Source of the DNA: Ignavibacteriota bacterium | GTDB taxonomy: Bacteria; Bacteroidota; Ignavibacteria; UBA10030 | Reading direction: 5' to 3' | Length of the DNA: 64,000 nucleotides | Assembly: GCA_963727825.1 (NCBI GenBank) | Contig: CAVSHO010000011.1 | Coordinates: 151,854-215,853, forward strand | Shown: in pieces, positions 40,501 to 46,027 of the stretch | Numbering within the stretch: the first letter of the stretch is position 1 | How the letters are laid out: every line of letters begins with the position of its first letter | Notes under the pieces: model-generated | The model's database searches: none | What the model was told of the DNA's origin: nothing | Seen by the model: only the letters and a program-made list of their open reading frames with translations | Position numbers and translations under genes: made by a program

Positions 40501-43500
40501 GGTTATTAAACGTTGTACTTGCCGAACCACCGATGACCTGAGTTGTTCCATTGAAAGTAACAGTGCCAGTAGCGGGTGTAAATGTGCCTCCATTGTTCGT
40601 CCAGCTACCGCTTACGATAAGAGTATTTGTCGTGCTGTTGGTAAGCGTTGCTCCAGAATTAATGACAATGGAACTTGCCGTCTGATTATTTGTATTTATT
40701 GTGATAGTGCCCGTGCTTTGAATTGTAATTTGAGTTGCTGAACTTGTAGGAGCCGCTGTTGCCAGATACCAATTAATGTTGTCATGTGAGCTCTGCCAAT
40801 TTGATGCGGTGCTCCAGTTTCCTGTGGCGATGGATCTGAAATAATCAGTTGCCGAAGAAGTGAATGCTGGTCCTACAACAAAGTCACTAAAACTATTTAG
40901 TCCTGATACTTGGGTTGTATAAGGTCCGGAACCTGCATTTATTACGGGAGTTGGAGATGTCCATACCGACGCAGTATATTTACCGACAATAAAACCAGTA
41001 TTATTACTACCTCCAATAATATCACCTGCATTATAAGTGAACGTCGGAGAATAAGTAGTAAAAACAATGCCAGAATTAGTTAAAGTCCAATACAAGCCAA
41101 CATCTTTTGAACCATCTACCGGTGAGCCGGTATTAGGTTCTTGTCCGGAAGTAACGTTGGCAGTGAGGTTTCCTCCAGTCGTGACCGATGCAAAATTAAC
41201 ACTAACAGGAGTATAGCTTGAGGATGTTCCCACATCAAAAGTATAATTATTAGCTCCTGTAGCAATTGCTCTTTGCAGGTTGCCTACTATCTGCCCGCTT
41301 GTCCGAGATACAGCGTTGGCTGCACTATTTGTGACAATAAGTGTGTAAGATCCCGTAGCAATATTCCCCGAGTTTAACTTGAGGTTATTACTTACCGTTG
41401 TTGCTGCCCCAAGTGTCCCTATTTGTGTTGACTTGTCTATCGTAAGGTTATAATATGTTGTACCATTTATTGTCTGCCCTCCGGTTGTGCTGTTGTAATC
41501 TGCCGTATTGCCTGTCGCAGTCGCCGTCAGTGTAGTCGATCCAACCGTTGCTGCACCTATATTAAGAATCGCATTTGCAGCTTGCACAAAAGTACCGGTA
41601 CCTGCCCATGTGGTGGTAATATTTAATCCCCCTGCAGCAGTAATGTTATTAGTGAGACCCGTTCCCGTGCTGCTGACAGTTATATTGGTAAAGGTGGTCG
41701 CGTTTCCATTTATGGATTGTGAAGCGCCTAAAAATGTATAAGTACCTGTACCTGAATTAAATGTTCCTGTATTGGTAAAATTGCCTGTACTAATTGTCAC
41801 CGGTTCATTCACCGTATTATTATTCCATGTTCCACCGTTTATATTTAAACTGCTTACTGTTATCAGAGGTGTTGCTTGAGCCGTGGTGATATTTACAACT
41901 CCTCCGGTATTTACAGTTACAGCACCCATTGACCTTGTTCCGGTAGCATTATTAAAAGTTAATGTGCCCGTTACAGAAGTGGTCCCTGTTACAGTTAAAC
42001 TTGTTGCAAAACTGCCAACGAACAATGTACCGCCGCTGACAACAATATTACCGCTTACTGAAGTAGTAGTGGTTGTATTGCTGAATACGACTCCGGACGC
42101 ATTGCTATTATTAAACTCAAGATTACCAAATGTATTAGTTGCGCCACCGATAGTTTGAGCATTTGAACTACTCATTAAAATTTTTCCTGCACCTGAATGA
42201 GTAGCGTTATTCATTACATTACCATTTACTGTAATTGCATATCCGCCATCGGCGAATGTTTCACCGGCTGTCGCTATGGTCAAATTACCTGCAACCGTAA
42301 TCGCACTTGTTACCGTCTTTGTTCCTGAGGCGCCCGTGATTGTTAAATGACCATAGGTCGAAGGACCTACACTTGTAACGCTACCTGCAACATTTTGTGC
42401 ATTGGTGATTGTGTTATAATTTACCGTTGAAGTTGGATTCAAAGTAATATGAGCAGTAGTAAAGTTTGTTGGGAACGAAGTTATTGTTGCGGTGCCTGCG
42501 CCGATCTGCAAGGTCGCTCCGGCGGCAACACTCAAAGTTCCTGTTGCGTTTCCAGTTATCTGGAAGCCGCCATCGGCAAGTGTGCCGTTATTAATAGTAA
42601 GGTTACCACTCACTGTGAAAGCTCCGCCCAAAGTAGCCGTATTTGAAGATTTATCAACTGTAAGATTGAAATAAGGATTGGTTGTAGGCACTTTTATTGT
42701 TTGAGCTGCCGTACCCGTGTAGGTAACCAAGTTTGCACTGGTGGCAGGAATTATAGTTCCGGTTATACTCGTATTTGCCAAAGAAAAACTACCACCGGAT
42801 GCATTAGTAATAGAACTAGCTCCTGCAATGGCTGATGTCCCTGTTGAATTCAATGTTCCATTATTAGTTAATGCAGCATTTATAGTAAATGTACCAGATA
42901 CATTTACCGTAGTACTGGCATTAATAGCTGTAGCGCCCCCAATAGTTAGTAATCCAAATGATAATGGATTACCCCCTAAAGTTTTAGTCGCACCATTCAG
43001 TGAAGTGGTTCCTGTGGAAGCAGAAAGATCGAAAGATGTTCCATTGTTGGTTATATTTCCACCGAAGTTAATAGCTGCTGCAACAGCAGTCGCATTAAAT
43101 GTACCACCACTGATTATAGTTACATCACCGGTAAAAGTTTTTGAACCGGTTGCATTGTTTATTGACAAGGTACCGGTTACAGAAGTAGTCCCCGTTACAG
43201 TTAAACTTGTTGCAAAACTGCCAACGAACAATGTACCGCCGCTGACAACAATATTACCGCTTACTGAAGTAGTAGTGGTTGTATTGCTGAATACAACTCC
43301 GGATGCATTGCTATTATTAAATTCAAGATTACCAAATGTATTAGTTGCGCCACCGATAGTTTGAGCATTTGAACTACTCATTAAAATTTTTCCTGCACCT
43401 GAATGAGTAGCGTTATTCATTACATTACCATTTACTGTAATTGCATATCCGCCATCGGCGAATGTTTCACCGGCTGTCGCTATAGTCAAATTACCTGCAA

Positions 43501-43741
43501 CCGTAATCGCCTGAAGCCGCTGTTTTTGTGCCTGAGCCCTTGAATGGTAAGATTTCCATAGGTCGATGGACCGGCACTTGTAACGTTTCCAGCAACATTT
43601 TGTCCATTGTGATCGTAGAATTATAATATTACCGTTGAAGTAGCGACTAAAGTAATATGAGCAGTAGTATAAAGTTTGTTGGGAACGAAGTTCTTGTTGC
43701 GGTGCCTGCGCCGATCTGCAAGGTAGCTCCGTTGGCAACAC
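28517..43741 (-). CDS. giant T/G/N-rich beta-helix-type surface adhesin with T9SS C-terminal sorting domain (main body, 5074 aa ORF; first ~75 aa are out-of-frame noise)
   Basis: Thousands of residues of G-x-T/N-x-T beta-strand repeats (e.g. [24 protein letters not shown]). Module-start motif SG(D/N/P)W(N/S)xxxxW recurs at least 5 times. The C-terminus [38 protein letters not shown]...GVYFCRMTA...KKMVVLK is a classic Por_Secre_tail-type CTD. Confidence 0.85.
   Translation of the reverse strand: [5074 protein letters not shown]
38226..38470. repeat. internal direct repeat, copy 1 (partner 38937-39181; period 711 nt = 237 aa)
   Basis: ATAATTAGTATTAATAACTGT.TGTGTACCTGCATATCCGTAATTAACTGTATTTCCA... 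recurs with only a few mismatches. The protein motif [40 protein letters not shown] is repeated. Confidence 0.75.
41970..42304. repeat. internal near-identical direct repeat, copy 1 (partner 43176-43510; period 1206 nt)
   Basis: Over 41991-42304 versus 43197-43510 I count about 4 mismatches in 314 nt. Identity drops abruptly to about 75% with indels beyond 42304/43510. Confidence 0.8.
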
Positions 43742-44547
43742 CCAAAGTTCCTGTTGCGTTTCCAGTTATCTGAGAATCCGCCATCGGCAAGTGTGCCGTT
43801 GAGCACCGATAAATTATTACTCACCGTTGTTGCCGCGCTTAATGTGACACCAGCGCTGTTGTTGATCGTAAGATTAAGTGGTGTAGTTGATGTTAATCCA
43901 TTTCCGGTTACTTGGGCTGCTGTACCATTGTAAATGTAATTTGCTCCTGCAGTATATGTTCTTGTAGTAGTCTGAATATTACCTGTAGCTCCTGCTGTTG
44001 AAATACCGGCTGTTGAACCAACTTGAAGTGTAGCGGTTGCTGCATTGATAAACACACCAGCGCCACTTATAATCCCGGCTGGTGGCATAACAAGTGTACC
44101 ATTGTTAGTAAAAGTATTTGCAGCATTTCCTTCCGTAACAGTTCCATTGACAGTCCCTGTAGCTGTCGCTGCGAGTGTAATATTCGGCCTAGTACCATTT
44201 GTGTTATTCAATGTGAAGGTCTTTGAAGCAGCTACACTGAATGTTGTGCTGATAGTAATAGTATTCCCATTTGCAGAAGCTGCAAAAGTACAGGTTCCGT
44301 TAATAGTCAGACTATTTAAAGTTATCGTTGGTACTGCTGTAATATTGCCCGTTTGATCGGCGGGAATAATTACATCATCACCCGTAGTTGGTACCGTGCC
44401 ACCCCAATTGGCCGCTGTAGTCCATGCACCGCCTGTTGTCGGACTCCAGGTTCTAGTTGCTGCCATTACCGTTGCGCCAATGAACACAACCATCACCAAC
44501 AGAACGTTCAGTGCATGCGATATATGATATTTCTTTTTCATTACCAA
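43621..44547 (-). CDS. N-terminal fragment (signal peptide plus first module) of the same giant adhesin, separated by a multi-indel zone
   Basis: [27 protein letters not shown] signal, then [32 protein letters not shown] (the same module-start motif). The last ~50 aa are frame-garbled relative to the homologous repeat at ~42450-42650. Confidence 0.75.
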   Translation of the reverse strand: [308 protein letters not shown]

Positions 44548-44923
44548 GAATTACAAATTATTATCTATGATAGATTCTTATTCCATTATTAATCTGCGAA
44601 AGCATTGGTTGCCATCGGTTGCACATGCAATTGCTGCTTGCTAGAAAGGTACGGTGTACACACTTCAATTCTCCCCCAGAAGTTTACATACAATGCCTTT
44701 TCCAGAAGTGTCATGCCCACCTTTATTCTCTTCATATGTAAAATACGCTTTATTAAGTTCTGTTTCCCTTACAAACTTTCCAGATTTCAATGAACTTATA
44801 TAAACTGCTTAACATTTTTTTTATAGTAAAAATCTATTCATTTGATAACCAAGAATGAAAGGGATAGTATAGTTTTTTAAAAAAATCATTACTTATTTAA
44901 CCTATTTATTCATATAAATTATG

Positions 44924-44938
44924 TCAATCTACGTGCCA
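44924..44938 (-). promoter_or_regulatory. sigma54-type promoter TGGCAC-GTAGA-TTGA facing the giant adhesin operon
   Basis: The reverse complement of TCAATCTACGTGCCA matches, and about 35 nt of flanking sequence is conserved with the pilin promoter at 26252. It would give a ~375-nt leader. Confidence 0.55.
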
Positions 44939-45009
44939 TCACAGATTCCCTTTTTTAAGGAATTTTCGAGTAATCAGTTCAGACTTGTGCACTATTTCGA
45001 GAATATTGA

Positions 45010-45020
45010 CTCATAATGAG
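45010..45020. promoter_or_regulatory. palindrome CTCAT-A-ATGAG (activator-site candidate)
   Basis: It shares the TCATAATGA core with 45084-45098. It lies 77 nt from the minus-strand -24 box and 151 nt from the plus-strand one. Confidence 0.45.
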
Positions 45021-45083
45021 AACACGAATATACTGCGTAAATTAACGATAAGAATCAAAATTGGACTTTTATTATACAATTGA

Positions 45084-45098
45084 GTATCATAATGATAC
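45084..45098. promoter_or_regulatory. perfect palindrome GTATCAT-A-ATGATAC (UAS candidate shared by divergent promoters)
   Basis: Identical to 26413-26427. It lies 151 nt from the minus-strand -24 box and 73 nt from the plus-strand one. Confidence 0.55.
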
Positions 45099-45170
45099 AT
45101 GGCTGTAGCGTTTAGTATTTTGATTTGGCATTTTCTACATAATTATTAGCAATTTTTATAAAAAATATGC

Positions 45171-45185
45171 TGGCATATAGATTGA
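45171..45185 (+). promoter_or_regulatory. sigma54-type promoter TGGCAT-ATAGA-TTGA upstream of the kinase/regulator genes
   Basis: Correct GG-N10-TG(A) geometry. It overlaps the first codons of the track ORF (45167), which argues that the real kinase start is downstream. Confidence 0.5.
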
Positions 45186-45235
45186 TTGATATTCATTGTC
45201 CTTATTTAACCTATCACAATAAATTGCCTTTGATT

Positions 45236-45979
45236 ATGAAATCATTGACAAGAGGTGTAAATAGTATGTACAGTGAGCCGGCTGTTTTTGGAACTCAAAA
45301 ATTGAAGAGCAAAATTGTCAAGCAGATTTCGCATGAATTTCGTACGCCTCTTACTTCCATAATTGGCTTCGCCGAGATGCTCGAGGAAGATATCCAGATC
45401 AACGAAAATCAGCGGATAGAATATGCAAGTTATATCCGGAACGAGGGGCTGCGGCTAACGAAACTTGTTGACGACCTTGTCGGACTTGATTCTCTTGAGC
45501 AAGGACAGGTTCACCTTCAATTGGAAGAATCTGAAATTCAGGAAACAGTACGGTATGCCGCAAAGTTTGTCGCGGAACAAGCACTTAATAAGTGCATCCA
45601 CCTTTCTATCGAGATGCCAGACGAACCTATCCTTCTAAACATTGACCGTGAAAGAATCGTTCACGCTTTATATCAATTACTCCATAATGCCGTTCGATTC
45701 ACAAAACCTTGTGGCCTTATAAATCTAAAAGTAGAAGCGGCCGACAAGTTTGCTATAATCTCCATCCATGATGATGGTCCTGGTATTCCGGAAAAAGATA
45801 TACCATTTCTATTTACAAGATTTGGAAAGCTATACCGTTCAGGCGAAGAAACGCATGGCAGCGGAGTTGGACTCGCAATCGTAAAACATATTATTGATCA
45901 GCATAACGGCGATATCGCTGTACAAAGCAAAGTCGGAGAAGGTTCAACCTTCACAATACAAATTCCGATTCTTTCGTAA
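45236..45979 (+). CDS. soluble histidine kinase without recognisable input domain
   Basis: The H-box ISHEFRTPLTSIIGFAEML begins about 30 aa from the proposed start. HATPase_c motifs LLHNAVRF, DDGPGIP and GSGVGLAIVKHII are present. No TM segments. Start chosen at MKSLTRG (45236), downstream of the promoter. Confidence 0.8.
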   Translation: MKSLTRGVNSMYSEPAVFGTQKLKSKIVKQISHEFRTPLTSIIGFAEMLEEDIQINENQRIEYASYIRNEGLRLTKLVDDLVGLDSLEQGQVHLQLEESEIQETVRYAAKFVAEQALNKCIHLSIEMPDEPILLNIDRERIVHALYQLLHNAVRFTKPCGLINLKVEAADKFAIISIHDDGPGIPEKDIPFLFTRFGKLYRSGEETHGSGVGLAIVKHIIDQHNGDIAVQSKVGEGSTFTIQIPILS

Positions 45980-46027
45980 TGATTCATTAGAAATCCTTTT
46001 TTTCCAAATAGAGGAATTAAATCTATA

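Noticed and set aside
29382-43364. About 30 plus-strand ORFs (60-207 aa; V/P/L-rich, e.g. 38403-38939, 39705-40316, 42741-43364) antisense to the giant adhesin gene.
   Set aside because: They are the expected antisense shadow of a long, compositionally biased T/G/N-rich repeat gene. They repeat with the same period as the sense repeats, have no start context, and are entirely contained within the 5074-aa ORF.
44605-44623. TTGGTTGCCATCGGTTGCA in the giant-gene leader, which superficially resembles a sigma54 -24/-12 element.
   Set aside because: The GG to GC distance is 14 nt instead of 12. It is on the plus strand with no downstream gene, and it is not conserved at the other promoters.
44605-44745. 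A 46-aa minus-strand upstream ORF (MKRIKVGMTLLEKALYVNFWGRIEV...) inside the ~375-nt leader of the giant gene.
   Set aside because: It has no RBS, no conservation with the pilin leader and no recognisable features. It may be chance in AT-rich DNA, though a regulatory leader peptide cannot be excluded.
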